Positions 39,958 to 53,391 are shown, counted from the first letter of the stretch. The stretch is 64,000 nucleotides of DNA from Selaginella moellendorffii (GCF_000143415.4 NW_003314268.1:2620494-2684493); one strand, 5' to 3'. A program made the numbers and translations. Notes: a model not told the origin generated them from the sequence alone.

Positions 39958-42633
39958 TACCTAACCGTGTATCACGACTCCAAGGCATCCCCCACTTAGC
40001 AGTGTGCCCAAGCCAGTCTCCTTACTAAGAATCCATGACCATTGAAAAATGAATATTCTCATATTCTAAACCATCACCACACCCTAATGAGTTGGGATTC
40101 GAACCCAAGCACTAGAGGGTTGGGACTCAAACCCAACCTCCATATATACATCTATGGATGGCATCACCTAGGATGCCTAGCGTGACTCCACACACCAGTG
40201 CATCAATTTATACTTAAAGCACATTATATATCATAGCTTAGGAATTTAGTTCCTCTACACTGCCAAGTCCTCTCATTTGACATGTCTGTAATCATGCATA
40301 AACTCCTCCATGCTTGGCCCTATGGGCCACCCTTTTTGAAGTTAGCACCTTCAACTAAAGTTTTTGTTCCCCCGACTTACTAATCTCACATAGCAAATCA
40401 TCCGACCACCATAACATAGTTCATGCACAAGCATGAAAGTCCTTAACCATCAATTTTCATTCAAAGCCCTTTCTTTGAACACTCAAGAACTACTTCTCTA
40501 ACCTTGATAGCCTCGCCTCCTAGCACACTTCAAAACCACGCTTTTGCTGCACCACTTTAATTTTGCACACTCTATAAATCATTTACACTTGGCTTTCTAA
40601 GTACTTATTTACTTAAAATTGTCTTTGGGAACCTTCAAGGAACTCTATTCTTTAGCTTGTTAACACCTTTTCTTTTTGCAAGTTTTCTAATTAAGTTTAA
40701 CATAGATAATTCCATATTTAGACTCTCCATGGTATCATAGTTGCTTGAGCCCCCATTTAATTCTCTACTCCCAACTCGCATAACCACATTTAGTTATGTC
40801 CTTCGATTCCTATGATTCGGTTCTATCCCTTTTTTACTCCTTATACATTTCCTTTGGTTATTCTCCTTCAACCTAGGAGGATCTTTGCACTTCTACCATG
40901 CCTTAGTAAGTATTCTTAAAGATGAACCTACCCAATGGCCTAGGGAGTGGTTCCTCAATCTAAGTATGCTTACCTTGTAATCCCATATACCGAAATTAAT
41001 GTTGCCACTTATGGGCCTTTATATGCCTATTACTAGCCTTGCCAAAATCACTTTTTAGCTTTGTCCAATTCAAGTAGACGGACTTCTCTCGTCTCCACAA
41101 CCTTAAACATTTGGATAGCACCTCCTATCCATCATTCATTAGGGACTTAGTCCCTTAGGCCTTATCTAATGCACTCACGATAGCAAACATCACTTTTTGG
41201 TGTTTTAGAGCGTTTGAGTGTCCCAATGATAGCCTTCTTTGATAATAAACATTCCCTTTATAACATTGACTTACTATATCGCAACATAAACAATTTATCC
41301 TCTATAAAGGTATGTTCAACTTCTTTATCCTAATAAGAAATCTTAGGTAGCTATTTTTTACCAGTTTAATCAATTATTTTGCACCTTTTGCTTAGTTGCC
41401 TCATAGTTGTCAAGTCCTACAACTCATTAATGGTGTTTCCATACCTCTATCATTATTTGGGTCATCACACTCCAACTGCATGCCTTCTAGCTTAGGCTAT
41501 GTAATTCTTATTTCCATTAGGATTTTTTGGAAAAGGGTTCTCATTAACCCACTAACTTGACCTCAAGGCATCATGCCTTGGCACATTTGGTGTTTCTACA
41601 CCATTGGCTTTACAAGCCTACCTTTACAATACTTCCCATTTGTGTTTAGGTCTTTGCCAAGACCAAAGCAATCTTTTTTTATGCCAATAATCAATTAGCA
41701 TTGCACCATAGTGTCCACATACAACCTTGTGCCAAAGTTGTTTTCTTCTGGAAACACATTTCCCACAATTTTAGTATGGTACATTTTGTCATCAATGAGA
41801 TACTCACTATTCTCACTATTAGATTTTATAATCATCCCCATCCTTCGTGGGGTACAACACACCTCAGTCCAAATACTCTTATCAATCCCTTAGGACTATT
41901 CCTTGACTTTACTTGAGTCATTGGACTTTACTAATTTGACGACCCGTGAAGTCTTATTTTTGAGGTGCCAGCTCATTAAAATGCAACTTCTTGTATTCAT
42001 GTTCTACTCACAAAGACCATCTTTGCAAGTGTTTCTTTGACACTTGATTATTTTCCATTCTCTGTAGGCTACCTTTACCCTTTAGGATTATTTATCCATA
42101 TAATGAGAATACCAACTCATCCTCTGAGCACACCCCCAATTCCTTGGGTTTATTTCAGCATTTATAAAAGGTAGCCCTGCTTACCATTTCAAGGACTTGT
42201 GTCCCCATCTGTATTTGACCTTTCACGGTCATTAATTCCAGTCTCAAATTCATGAGCACTAGCTTTAACTATATAAGGATAATCTTGTGACTCCTTTATT
42301 ATTTTGGAGTCTTTATCTTTCCTGTAATCCCAACCATAGTTATTTAACACAACTACATTAGCAATTTGCTAAGTCAAATGCTCATTTGGATCACATCCTC
42401 AACTCTCTAAGGAGAACCTTATATTATTCCCAAAATCCTGAAGTCGTTCTCTTATTGACCCTTTCCTATCCATCACATTGCCTACAAGTTCACACATAAA
42501 CTGTAGTGGGGAGCCATGTCCTCTTAACATGTTGTTCCTCAAGGATAAGCCAAATCCTAAGACCTTCTGATACCAATATAAGTGGTGATATACTTGGCCA
42601 TCAATAAGAATCAGACTAAAGAACAACTCAAAT
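39958..42633. mobile_element. Highly degenerate retroelement-derived DNA (host of the chromovirus, continues at ~33190..34348)
   Basis: CpG-depleted, no long ORFs, flanked by retroelements. Only weak pol-like hints. Confidence 0.4.
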
Positions 42634-43895
42634 TGTAAGCAACTAATTTTTCCATTCTACTTTAGTCACTTAACCACACCTCCGACCACTTAGAGGAGTC
42701 TCATTCACAACCTCTATAAGTCCAATTTAGGACTTGGGACTTACTAGCCCCAAGAATGGCATCCATACCACTCAACCTTTGCACTTGGCATAAGTGCTCC
42801 ACGTGTTTGATCCCATGACTGACACCCCAAAGTACCACTGATATATCAGCCCGTTACATTAAGGCTATGCCTATTCATCTTGGTCATACCGGTGGTATAA
42901 CACCACTTGCATCATAATCCCATCTCTTAAAAACTAAGCTATCCGTCCATGAGTGATTATCCCAGATCCACTCCTTAGCATCCTTAGAATGCCCGCAAAT
43001 ATGAGGTACAACCTTCCCCAATATCCCTTTACAATCCCCAAGTCAAATCCCTTTTCTGTCTATAGCCGTGTTTGCCAACACTACCCTTGGGACAAGGCCC
43101 ACAGGCCCTACCACTAAGTCTCACTATTTTTTAAGACTTCCTCCCCACATGATTATATCCTTGGTCCCCCCACTAGAGGATTGCTCCTTTTCCTTTCCCC
43201 AGTTTAGGACTTTAGGACAACATTTCGGAACACTGTGGCTCTTTATGAGCCTCATAGGTACTCTCCCCCCCTTCTGTCTTTGGGTGCTCTACTCATGGGT
43301 TTAGAGCGAGGTTTTGTTGAGCCCCCCCCCCCCCCCACTCCTTGGGGGACAATTGCTTTGGGCTTTCACCCAACAGCCTGTATTAGTATTCAGACTCAAA
43401 CTCGGACTCAAAATCAGTCTCAGTCTCGGACTCAGACTTGGTCTCGGTCTTGGTCTTGGTTCCACCTCGAACTCCATCTCGGGTCCATTTTAGACTCCAT
43501 CTCGGGTCCATCTTGGACTCCATCTCGGATCCATCTCAGACTCCATCTCGGACTCCATTTTGAACTCCATCTGGGACTCCATTTGAGACTCCATCTCGGG
43601 TTTATCTCGGACTCTGTCTCGAATCCANNNNNNNNNNNNNNNNNNNNNNNNNNNNNNNNNNNNNNNNNNNNNNNNNNNNNNNNNNNNNNNNNNNNNNNNN
43701 NNNNNNNNNNNNNNNNNNNNNNNNNNNTTGTTGCTCGCTTCGTGCTCATTCCTTAAGCACTTTGTTAAGAGTTCCACTCCCACTCTCAACTTTTTAAGTT
43801 GGAGTTTTTAGTCCAAATGCGTTACTTTCGCTTCCGCCACTACCACATGGCACCCTTTTGGCTCCACTTTGTGGCTTAGGGATTTGTGTCTCACA
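42634..43895. mobile_element. Long LTR-like repeat, homologue of 44440..46094, containing the N gap
   Basis: tgtaagcaactaatttttcc start and gatttgtgtctcaca end match the other copy. No TSD seen. Confidence 0.75.
43628..43727. other. Assembly gap (100 N)
   Basis: Run of n. Confidence 1.
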
Positions 43896-44439
43896 GAATG
43901 CTAAAACACCACTCGATTGAGGAGGAAGTATTTAACAACAATTGTAGAGGCACTAGCAAGAGCACTAACTTCCACATAGTGAGTCAAATAGTTAGAAGCA
44001 ATAATAACATACTCATTGCCAACAATCAATTGTAGAAAAGGTCTCATAAGATCAAATGCCACCAACTCAAATGGACGGGAAATTGCAATTGACTCCAACC
44101 ATCCTTCTGTACCATGAGGGGGAGTATTACAAGCTTGGCAATAAATGCAACTACGCACATACCGGATAATATCACGTCGCATCTCCAGCCAATAGAAAGA
44201 CCTGTGCAACTTCTCGGTCACATGACGATGTCCCATATGCCGGCGTAGAATAGAAGAATCATGGTAGGTATGGAGAAACCGTGGAATAAAGACAAAAGAC
44301 ACCATTGGCCATAAAAGATCATCAGGATCCAACCCCACAAATAAAGAAGGCTATCGTTAAGGCGATACTGAGAATGTAATGTAAACAACCAAAGGGAACG
44401 ACTCAAGAGACGATCCAATTGTAAGCAACCAAAGGGAAC

Positions 44440-46094
44440 TGTAAGCGACTAATTTTTCCATTCTACTTTAATCACTTAACCACACCTTTGACCACTTGGA
44501 GGAGTCTCATTCACAACCTCCTTAAGTCCAATTCAAGACTTGGGGTTTGCTAGCCCCGAGGATGGCATCTATGCCACTCATCCCTTGCACTTGGTCTAAG
44601 TGCTCCACGTGTCCGGTCCCAAGACCGACACCTAAAGGTACCACTGACATATCGGCCCGTTATGCTAAAGCCATGCCCATTCACCTTTGCCACACTAGTG
44701 GTCCAATACCACTTGCATCACAATCCCGTCTCTCCAAGACTGGGCCATTCGTCCACAAGTGGTCAACCCAAATCCACTCCTTAGCATCCTTAGGATGCCT
44801 ATAGACATGGGGAATAGCCTTCCCCAATATCCCTTTGTTAGTTCCTACCAAGTCCCTTTTCTGTCCATGGCCATGTTCGCCAACACTGCCACTAGATCAA
44901 GGCCCACAGGCCCGACCATTATGTCCCACGGTCTTTTGGGACTTCCTCACCACTCGATTGTATCCTTGGTCACTACACCAAAAGACTACTCCTCTTCCTT
45001 TCCACAGTTTGGGCCTTTGGGACAACATTTCGGAACACCGTGGCCCTATGCGGGCCTCATGGGTACTCTCCCCACCTTCCGCCATTGGGTGCTCTAGCCA
45101 TGGGCTTAGAGTGAGGTTCTATTGAGCCACACCAGGTATCCAAGTAGGTAGTGCCACCCACACTTGGACTGGGAGCATCGGCCAGTCGATCTCCCGGGGG
45201 AACTAGAGCCGGCTCTTGAACACTTCACCAAGCTACCCCGCTTGTCGGTCCGTATTCACTCTAGTTTTGGACTTCCCAGTGGTCAGTTCATCACCCAACA
45301 CTGGGTCTGGCCTTCCTGGGCCAAACTGGCCTTCCCTGGCCAAATTGGCTCCACTGCAGTCCTCCCCCCTTACTATACTTTTGGAGCTCACCAAACCCCC
45401 TAGGGTCTGGGAGACGAACGCTTTGGGCTTTCACCCTCTCAGACTCGAACTCGGACTCGGACTCGGACTCAGGCTCGGGCTTGCGCTCGGTCTCGGCCTC
45501 GGATTCGGACTCAGACTCGGGCTCGAGCTCGAGCTCGGTCTCGGCCTCGGCCTCAGCCTCGGTCTCGGTCTCAGTCTTGGTCCCGGTCTCCGTCTCGGTC
45601 TCAATCCCGGTCTCGGTCCCGGTCTCGGTCTTGACCTCGGACTCCATCTTGGGTCCTTGTCGGACTCCATCTCGGACTCCATCTCGGGTCCATCTCAGAC
45701 TCCATCTCGGACTCCATCTCGGGTCCACCTCGGACTCCATCTCGGACTCCACCTCGGACTCCGTCTCGGGTCCACCTCGGACTCCATCTCGGATTCCATC
45801 TCGGGTCCATCTCGAACTCCATCTCGGACTTCGTCTCGGTCCATCTCGGATTCCATCTTAGACTCCCCCATGTGTCATATGTTGGTCCTTTTGGGTCCCT
45901 TTTTGGAGCCTTGCTTATTGCTCGCTTCATGCTCGTTCCTTGAGCACTCCGTTGGGAGTTCCACTCCCGCTCTCGACCTTTCAAGTCAGAGCCTTTTAGT
46001 CCAAATGTGTTACGCTCGTTTGGCTTTTGCTTCGGCCACTACCACGTGGCACTCTTTCGGCTCCACTTTGGGGCTTAGGGATTTGTGTTTCACA
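44440..46094. mobile_element. 1655-bp solo LTR (innermost insertion)
   Basis: TG..CA ends, TSD GGAAC at 44435-39 and 46095-99. Confidence 0.88.
45441..45860. repeat. 6-mer (CTCGGW) and 12-mer (GACTCCATCTCG) minisatellite inside the long LTR
   Basis: Visible tandem array. A degenerate counterpart lies at 43390..43627. Confidence 0.9.
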
Positions 46095-49000
46095 GGAACG
46101 ACTTGAGAGACGGTCCATGGGGTTCAAATATAGAGGGAAAGGGCTCATGAACAAGAGTGCACCCCCTTTTCCAATCGATTAAGGGTCTTGGGGTACTTGG
46201 GGTTAAGAGTCCTTGGGTTTAAATAGTACTGGGCTGGGTGGCCTCCCGGTTTGTCCAAACTCAGGACTTTACACCAATGGGGTTCAAATATAGAGGGAAA
46301 GGGCCTATGAATAAAAGTGCACCCCCTTTTCCAATCGGTTAAGGGTCTTGGGATACTTGGGGTTAAGCGTCCTTGGGTTTGAATAGTACTAGGCTGGGTG
46401 ACCTTCCGGGCTAGCACTTCCAAGTCGGAGCCAATGACACAACGTTGAGCTCCTCCGGCGTCACTCTCTGGAAAGTCCAAACTCAGGAGCTTACATTTGG
46501 TATCAGAGCAGTCTTAGGTTCGACTCTGTTGGTTGGCTAAGTGAATCACACCACATGTTGATTGACATCTGGCTGGTCCAGTTTGCTCCCGCTAGGCTCG
46601 ACCCGAGGGGTAGGGTATCAAGAGAGCGGGGCTCTCGGGAGAGCTGCAGCTCGTAACATGGTGGATTGTAAGCAACCAGAGGGGTAGGGTATCAAGAGAG
46701 CGGGGCTCTCGGGAGAGCTGCAGCTCGTAACATGGTGGATTGTAAGCAACCAGAGGGAACGACTCGAGAGACGATCCAATGGGGTTCAAATATAAAGGGA
46801 AAGGGCCCATGAATAAAAATGCACCCCCTTTTCCAATCAATTAAGGGTCTTGGGATACTTAGGGTTAAGCGTCCTTGGGTTTGAATAGTACTGGGCTGGG
46901 TGACCTCCCGAAAAGTCCAAACTCAGGAGCTTATATGTAAATGCTGAAATGGCAAGTCATCAGCAAGTGATGCAGGATTCTCAAACCCATCTCGAAGCCT
47001 TCGAATCCATAGCTTAAGCTTTTGAGCCTTGCTTTTGAACCTCATCAAGAGAAGGTAGATCTTGTTTTACACCTTATAGACATTGAACATTAAGTACAAC
47101 AACTGCCACAAAATCTTCATATAGAAAATCTATATATGCCAGAACAATAGGCTCATCAGAAATATGAGAAAAGAGTGGAAAAGGAAGAGGAACTTAAGAA
47201 AGAGCATCAACATCAGCCATAGAACTCCCTAGATGATGAACAACATCAAAATCATATATCTAAAACTTCAAAGCCCACTAAGTAATATGACTAACCAGGT
47301 TTTTTCACTTCAATAATAAAATAACGGTAGCATGATCACACATCCAAGAGCATGAAGTTTCTCGAAACCCTAGACTACTGCTAAACACTCCTTCTCTATA
47401 GTGGAGTAGTTCACCTCCACTGGTTGTAATGTACAGCTTATATATGCAATAGGATGGCACTAACCAAGCACACTCGGGCTCTCTTACATCAACACACCTC
47501 CAAGACCAATATCAAAAGCATTCACGCGCAAAATAAAAGGTTGAGTGTAATAAGGATATACCAAAACTAGAGGAGTTGTCAAGAGCTCTTTAAGATCCAC
47601 AAACGCCTGCTCACAATCCGAATATCAGATGAAAAATGACATTGATGATTTCAACAATGCTTGCAACAGTTCAATACTATCAAAAAGATGATCCACAAAA
47701 CAACCGAGATACTACACCTTGCCCAGAAAGCACTACACACCATTCACACATTTCAGAGTAGGGAATTTTAGAACTGCCACAATTTTGTCATAATCAATTT
47801 GCAAACCTTCACGAGAAATATGGTACCCAAGATAAATTGTATCCTTGGACCCAAATATGCACTTCAACTACTTTAGTTTTAAACTAATGTCCTGTAGTTG
47901 ATCCAACACTTTACAAATATCACAAATGTGCTCCTTTCACATCCCCTCCGAGTGGATTAAGACATCATTAATAAAGTTAGCAATCACCTTTGGCATATCG
48001 CAAAGAACCTCATCCATCATTCATTAGAAAGTTGCTGGAGCATTGTTCATACTAAACGGCATCACTAAGAATTCATACAAACCAAACAGTGTATGAAAAG
48101 TAGTTTTAGGAATATTTTCTTCGACTATCGATACTTGTCAGTACCCAAAAGCAAGATCTAGCTTGGTGAACTAACGACTTCACCCCAAATGATCCAAACG
48201 ATCAGCAATGTGAAGAAAAGGGTACATATCTGGGATTGTCACTTTATTTAATAAACGATAGTCAATGCAGAACGAATACTCCCATCAAGCTTCGTCACAA
48301 CATGAGGTTCATAAGCCCAAGGACTCCGTAACTTCCAAATAACACCCTTCTTTAACATCTCCTTGACGTTTGCATGTAAAATCTTGATCTCTTTGGGTGA
48401 TCGATGATGAATAGGAACCTTGATTGGACGAGCATCCCCAGTTGGAATCAAATGACGTGTGGCAATTTTGACCCCAGACGATAAGTCAAATTCAAAGAGA
48501 TCATAATACTCCTTCATAAGCTGATCAACTACTGTAGCACAAAGGTTGTCAAAGGGATTAGAAAAGGGAAAAGCAAAATAAGATGGAAATATAAGAGGAA
48601 ATAGTGGGGGGACAAAAGTAATAGAGGTAGAGGTAAAAATAGAGGGACGAAAAGGTACAGAAGTGAGAGGGATGGATGAAATATAAAGAAGTATGAGACA
48701 AGGGGGAAAAGTCTCAAAGTCACACTTTAAGTAACAATAAAAATGTGTGGGTAAAACAACATATTTTTTGAGTATATATGCTCTATATGTGACATAATCT
48801 TAGATTGGAATAGTGCCAAGGTGTGGCATGCCTCTTGATCAGTATATTTGGCTAGATGATATATTCTAGCTATCCTTAAATCATCCTTTTTTATTGTAGC
48901 TGCTGCATATCTCTTCAATCTTTGGTGAAGATTGCGGTAATTGGAGGCACTTGAGCTTACAGATTGCATTGGGGTGTTCAACCTACATGCTCATTCCACC

Positions 49001-50986
49001 ATTTTTGGCAATCTTGCACTATTGAGTGTTAATTGATCATGTCAAAATTGAACGAGCCGAAAATGTATTTATCTCCAAAGTCCCTCTTCTAGCTTTTACA
49101 AACTCAAAGTTTGATAGAACCTAATCTGTGGTCAAAATGGAAGACAAGAACTCTGGAGCATATATAGTAGGATTATATACGCTACAAGAAAAGTGGTAAA
49201 TGCTTCATCGTCTCTTCTCACTGGTAGGCTCTTGACATCTCTTGGGCAATCCAGCACACCCGATTGATCACACAGCAGTAGGGATCATCTCAGCCATTGG
49301 GAGGTATTATCCATTTAAAATTAATTAATTTATAATAATTTTCTGTTATTAGATCTGTGCGCTGCTCTAGATCATCCACAGCCTGTTCTAGAGGCTTGAT
49401 TGAATCGGTAAGTAGTGCCATCTTACCGATGTTTTCCTGGAGACTGAAGATAGAGCTTTGATTTGTCACAAGGAAGTGCGCACTAAACGGTGGTCATTTC
49501 AGGACTTTATTAACTGTTTCTTCATATCGCTCCTATTTAAAGGCGCTTTCAAAGAACACGTTGTAGCCAAAATTTGCAAAACAATCCCCGAGAGGAAACT
49601 TAGAGGAGCTAGCTGCAGCGCTTTTGACGTCCACTCCCATGGCCAGCACCAGCAACATGGCGAGAACCGAAAACAACACCAAGCAAGCCTATGATCAACG
49701 AACTCTAGTATATTCGAGAGAAGTGATTTGATCTGTGAGGCCGCTCGTATTTATAGCTCGAGGCAGCATACAATGCCAGAGTGGTGCCTCTTGGGAACTT
49801 TGTCCTTTGAAAGTTATTCAAGGAAGTCGTTCCGTATTTGTCAATTCCTTTTCTTTTCTATAATGCTGGGACATAGAACAACACACGAAATGAAGCTGTG
49901 AATCCAGATGAGTAAAGACAACACTCTAGTTTTTTCACCATTGCTATAGATTTCACTGCCACTGAAAAGAACAAAAATCCAATAAATAGTTGGATCTTGA
50001 CGATCTCTGGAAGAGAAGTGTGTGTCATTTCATTTTCGATTGTGTTTTATATACGTGGTTGGTGTATGTAATTGCTAGACTTTGTCTTGGGAAAGAGATC
50101 AGATTTGTTGAAAAACTTGTCTCCACTAAAATATATATCATTTTAGTCAATATTATATAATATAATTTTGAGCCCAGATAGATTGACTTGGCTTTCTTTC
50201 TATTTTATCTGTCATGTTCTAAATTATCCTGTCATTCTGGTTCAAGTTTTTTGACTGAATATGTCACGTTTCTATATATTAAAAGTCCATACATTGTGAA
50301 CGCTACACTGCAACAACAACTCTCCAGAAAACGCACCATATTTATCATTGACAGTTTCAGACCCAGGGCATCAAAGACGAATAGACTCCAAAACATCTTC
50401 GTTCACTCTTATTCTACATATATCTCATCCAGGCTGTCAACCCAACTTTTCATGATTCGAAATTCGCTCCCGTGGTTCTTTGAGGCCCGAGGCTCGCGAA
50501 CTTTGGCAATTCTTCAGCAGATGCAGCGGCTGCCATTCCAGCGCCACCCTCGATGGCAGCTGTTGTCATACCCGTACCAATTGCATTGCACGCAGCGAAA
50601 TCCATTCCAGTACCAAGCGCTGCGCCATCGCCTTGGTGATGCCGCCGACCTCCATTCCCACCGCTAGGTGTGCCTGGGCCTGGTTTTGATGCTCCAATCG
50701 AGTCTTATTGCTTGCCGATCATTGGAGGAATCGATTGGAAGTCGTGGGATTTGGAGAAGAGCGGAGAAGGACCAAGGACAGATTCAGACATTTTATATCA
50801 AGGCTTGGACAATTTATATTCTATTGCTGGAACTCATGCAATACTATGCAACATCGCACGATACAGAAAACACGTTATCATTGTCTTTATTCTTGTTTCC
50901 AGACCCTTGGCACTGCAGGATGATTAAATCAAAGGCAATTATGATGCTGATTCTTAACTTGGGCTTACCCCGTGAAACGAGAGGTT

Positions 50987-51184
50987 TCAGTTGCGCGAGC
51001 AGCGATTGTTGCGCCAGCTCCAACCCTTCTGGCAACGGTGGCAACCGTTGTCATACCAATACCACCCCGACTGGCAGCGCTGGGCAGCAGCCTTTGCGAG
51101 TCCTCCCACGTCCACGCCCATGGCCAGCATCATCACAAATATGGCGAGCGCCAAAAACAACACGAAGAAAGCCTTGTTCTCCAT
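50987..51184 (-). CDS. Secreted Cys/Trp-rich peptide, copy 4
   Basis: 65 aa, ending DNGCHRCQKGWSWRNNRCSRN. TATA present. Confidence 0.8.
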   Translation of the reverse strand: MENKAFFVLFLALAIFVMMLAMGVDVGGLAKAAAQRCQSGWYWYDNGCHRCQKGWSWRNNRCSRN

Positions 51185-51705
51185 GATTTGCTGCTAGCGA
51201 AGTAAGCTTGTTAGAAGTGGTTTGATTTAGGCTCATTTTTATAGCTCGAGCCAGCACAGAGACGGAGTCCTTATCTATTTTGGTTCCGTGTTTGAGAATT
51301 TCTTCTCTTTTTTATAATGCTGGGATCCACATAAAATCTCTATTAAGTTCCACAAAATCGCCAACAAGCCCTGCATTTGCCACGTGTGTGCCATATCATC
51401 AGTTAAATATGGAACGGTTCCGATTATTTTAGATCGACGGCTTTGATTTAAGTATAACGACAGCCCAGATTGTATACAGTGGACGGCTCAGATTGTATAT
51501 AAAGGAACGGTCCAGAATGTTTTAAATGCACGGTCTAGATTGTGACTAGCTTTCCAGAATATACTATTCTTCTATTTATACGAAAAGGATATATTTACCA
51601 TTCGTTTACCGTACGCATCAGAAGTACTTAACTTTCAGACAGTTTAATGCCCAGCGAGCTTGGCTGAAATACTGCGACTTTCTCTGGTAAGCTTCATCTC
51701 TGACT

Positions 51706-51913
51706 ATGGCTCGCACGCCACCTCCACCTCACCGGGAGCATGCGAGGAGGATGCCGCCGCCCAAACCATCGTCAAAGAGGACGCCGACAACTTCATCTCC
51801 CCCAAGAGGTCTCCACCGGCACCAGCCAAGAGGCACAGTCATTCACCACTAAAGCCCACAGAGGGACATCACTCACCAACAAAGCCAGAGCACCATGGAG
51901 CTGTACATCCACC
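51706..51913 (+). pseudogene. 5' fragment of the Pro-rich membrane protein, copy 4
   Basis: Frameshifted and cut at the palindrome junction. Confidence 0.8.
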
Positions 51914-52652
51914 ATCTTCCTGCCGGCATTCAACTGCGATGATGGTCGAGGCTCCACTTTGGTAATGAGGTGCTCCTGGCTGCTGCTGCTGCCGCTGTTG
52001 CCACCGCCAGGCTGATGGCCATACTCCACCAGGATGATGTCGCCGTGCACCTTGTTCCTTCTCTGCTTCAAGAGTATCCAGACTCCAGTGACGATGGCTA
52101 CCAGTGCGAGCAGGAGCATAACGATGCCTGCCACGAGCACACCAGGTGATGCCACAAATGCAGCTGCTGCTGAAGATGGTGCTGACGGCGCAGTAGGCGG
52201 AGAGGTGCCCAAGCCAAGGGGCCTTGTTATGGTCGAAGGTGGTGGCGATGGCGGCCCGGCCCTCCTTGGTCGCCAGGTTACAGTGTTGGCCTTGTTGGGC
52301 GGCGAAGAAGAAGGTGGCGGCCCTGTAGCAGCTCCATCATCAGCCCGTCGATGTCCATGGTGCCTCTTTGGCTCAGCTGCTGGATGTTCCTTGGTGGGCG
52401 GAGAGCTCGGTGGTGGATGTCCAGCTCCATGATGCTCAGGAGAACTCAGTGGTGGCTTTGCTGGTGAGTGATGTCCCTCTGTGGGCTTTGCTGGTGAATG
52501 ACTGTGCCTCTTGGCTGGTGCCGGTGGATACCTCTTTGGTGGCGGAGATGAAGTTGTCAGTGCCGTCTTTGGTGATGGTTTGGGCGGCGGCGTCCTCTTT
52601 GTGTGCTTCAGTGAGGTGGCATGGGCGGGGGCGTGGAGATTTTGCGAGCCAT
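51914..52652 (-). pseudogene. 5' half of the Pro-rich membrane protein, copy 5
   Basis: The ATG frame stops after 14 codons. Ectodomain and TM lie in another frame, truncated after NAGRK. Confidence 0.8.
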
Positions 52653-53391
52653 AGTCAGAGATCAAGCTTACGAAAAAGTCGCAGTATTTCAGCTCAAGCT
52701 TGCTTGCTTACCATCGTGCTCAAGTTACTTCCCCTTTTTTAGGGCATTAAAGTGTCTGAAAGCTAAGTACGGTAAACGAAATCCTTTTCGTACAAATAGA
52801 AGAATAGTATATTCTTAAATCTATAAGATCTGAGAACTTGAAATCTGGGCCGTCTATTGGACAGTCATTCATGTACAATCTAGACCGTGCATTTAAAACA
52901 TTCTGGACCGTTTATTTATATACAATCTGAGCCGCCCACGGTGTAAAATCTGGGCTGTCGTATTAATTAAATCAAAGCCGTCGATCTAACATGATCTGAA
53001 CCGTCCCATATTTAACTGATGATATTGCAGGCTAATGCAAAGTGGTGTGTCTTTACAAGAACATGTGTGCTTTCAAACACTACTTAGGATTGTTTTCATC
53101 TTTTCGAGCTAAACTCCATGGCTTTCTCTATCTGCAAGCTTGTAGTACGAACTTGTGAAGTTTTAGCAACGAATGATTCTCATTTGAAGGGTTGGAGAGA
53201 TTTATGAGTATTATAGAAAGAGAAGAAAATTTCAAACACAGAAGCAAAATAGATAACGACTAAGCAATGCCGTCCCACAACAACTCTCTAGCATTGTGTG
53301 CTGGCTCGAGCTATAAATACAAGCCCCTCCCATCTCACAAATCAAACCACTTCTCTCTAATATAACAAGCTTACTTCTCTAGCAGCAAATC

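Larger units (their letters stand above)
44420..46273 (+). mobile_element. Cassandra solo LTR inserted in the outer 5' LTR
   Basis: TSD CCAAT. Pieces at 44420..44439 and 46095..46273. Confidence 0.88.
44380..46935 (+). mobile_element. Cassandra-like TRIM with 5S rRNA domain in its LTRs (outer element of the nest)
   Basis: TSD TGTAA. The 5' LTR is split into 44380..44419 and 46274..46495. PBS TGGTATCAGAGC at 46498..46509, non-coding internal part, ggtggat PPT, 3' LTR 46741..46935. Confidence 0.9.
43896..48520 (-). mobile_element. Old Ty3/gypsy pol remnant interrupted by the nested Cassandra
   Basis: Integrase HD..H.G..FYW..C..CQ at 43901..44338. RT start (IKVPIHHRSP..SPWA) at 48248..48517. 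Degenerate RT/RNase H at ~47300..48250. Confidence 0.8.

Noticed and set aside
45216-46106. 296-aa LG/SD-repeat ORF and its antisense ORFs
   Set aside because: They arise from 6/12-mer minisatellites that lack stops, inside a solo LTR.
46201-46918. 5S rRNA genes
   Set aside because: Only the internal ~56 nt is present and it is embedded in LTRs. There is no 5S 5' end or T-run terminator.
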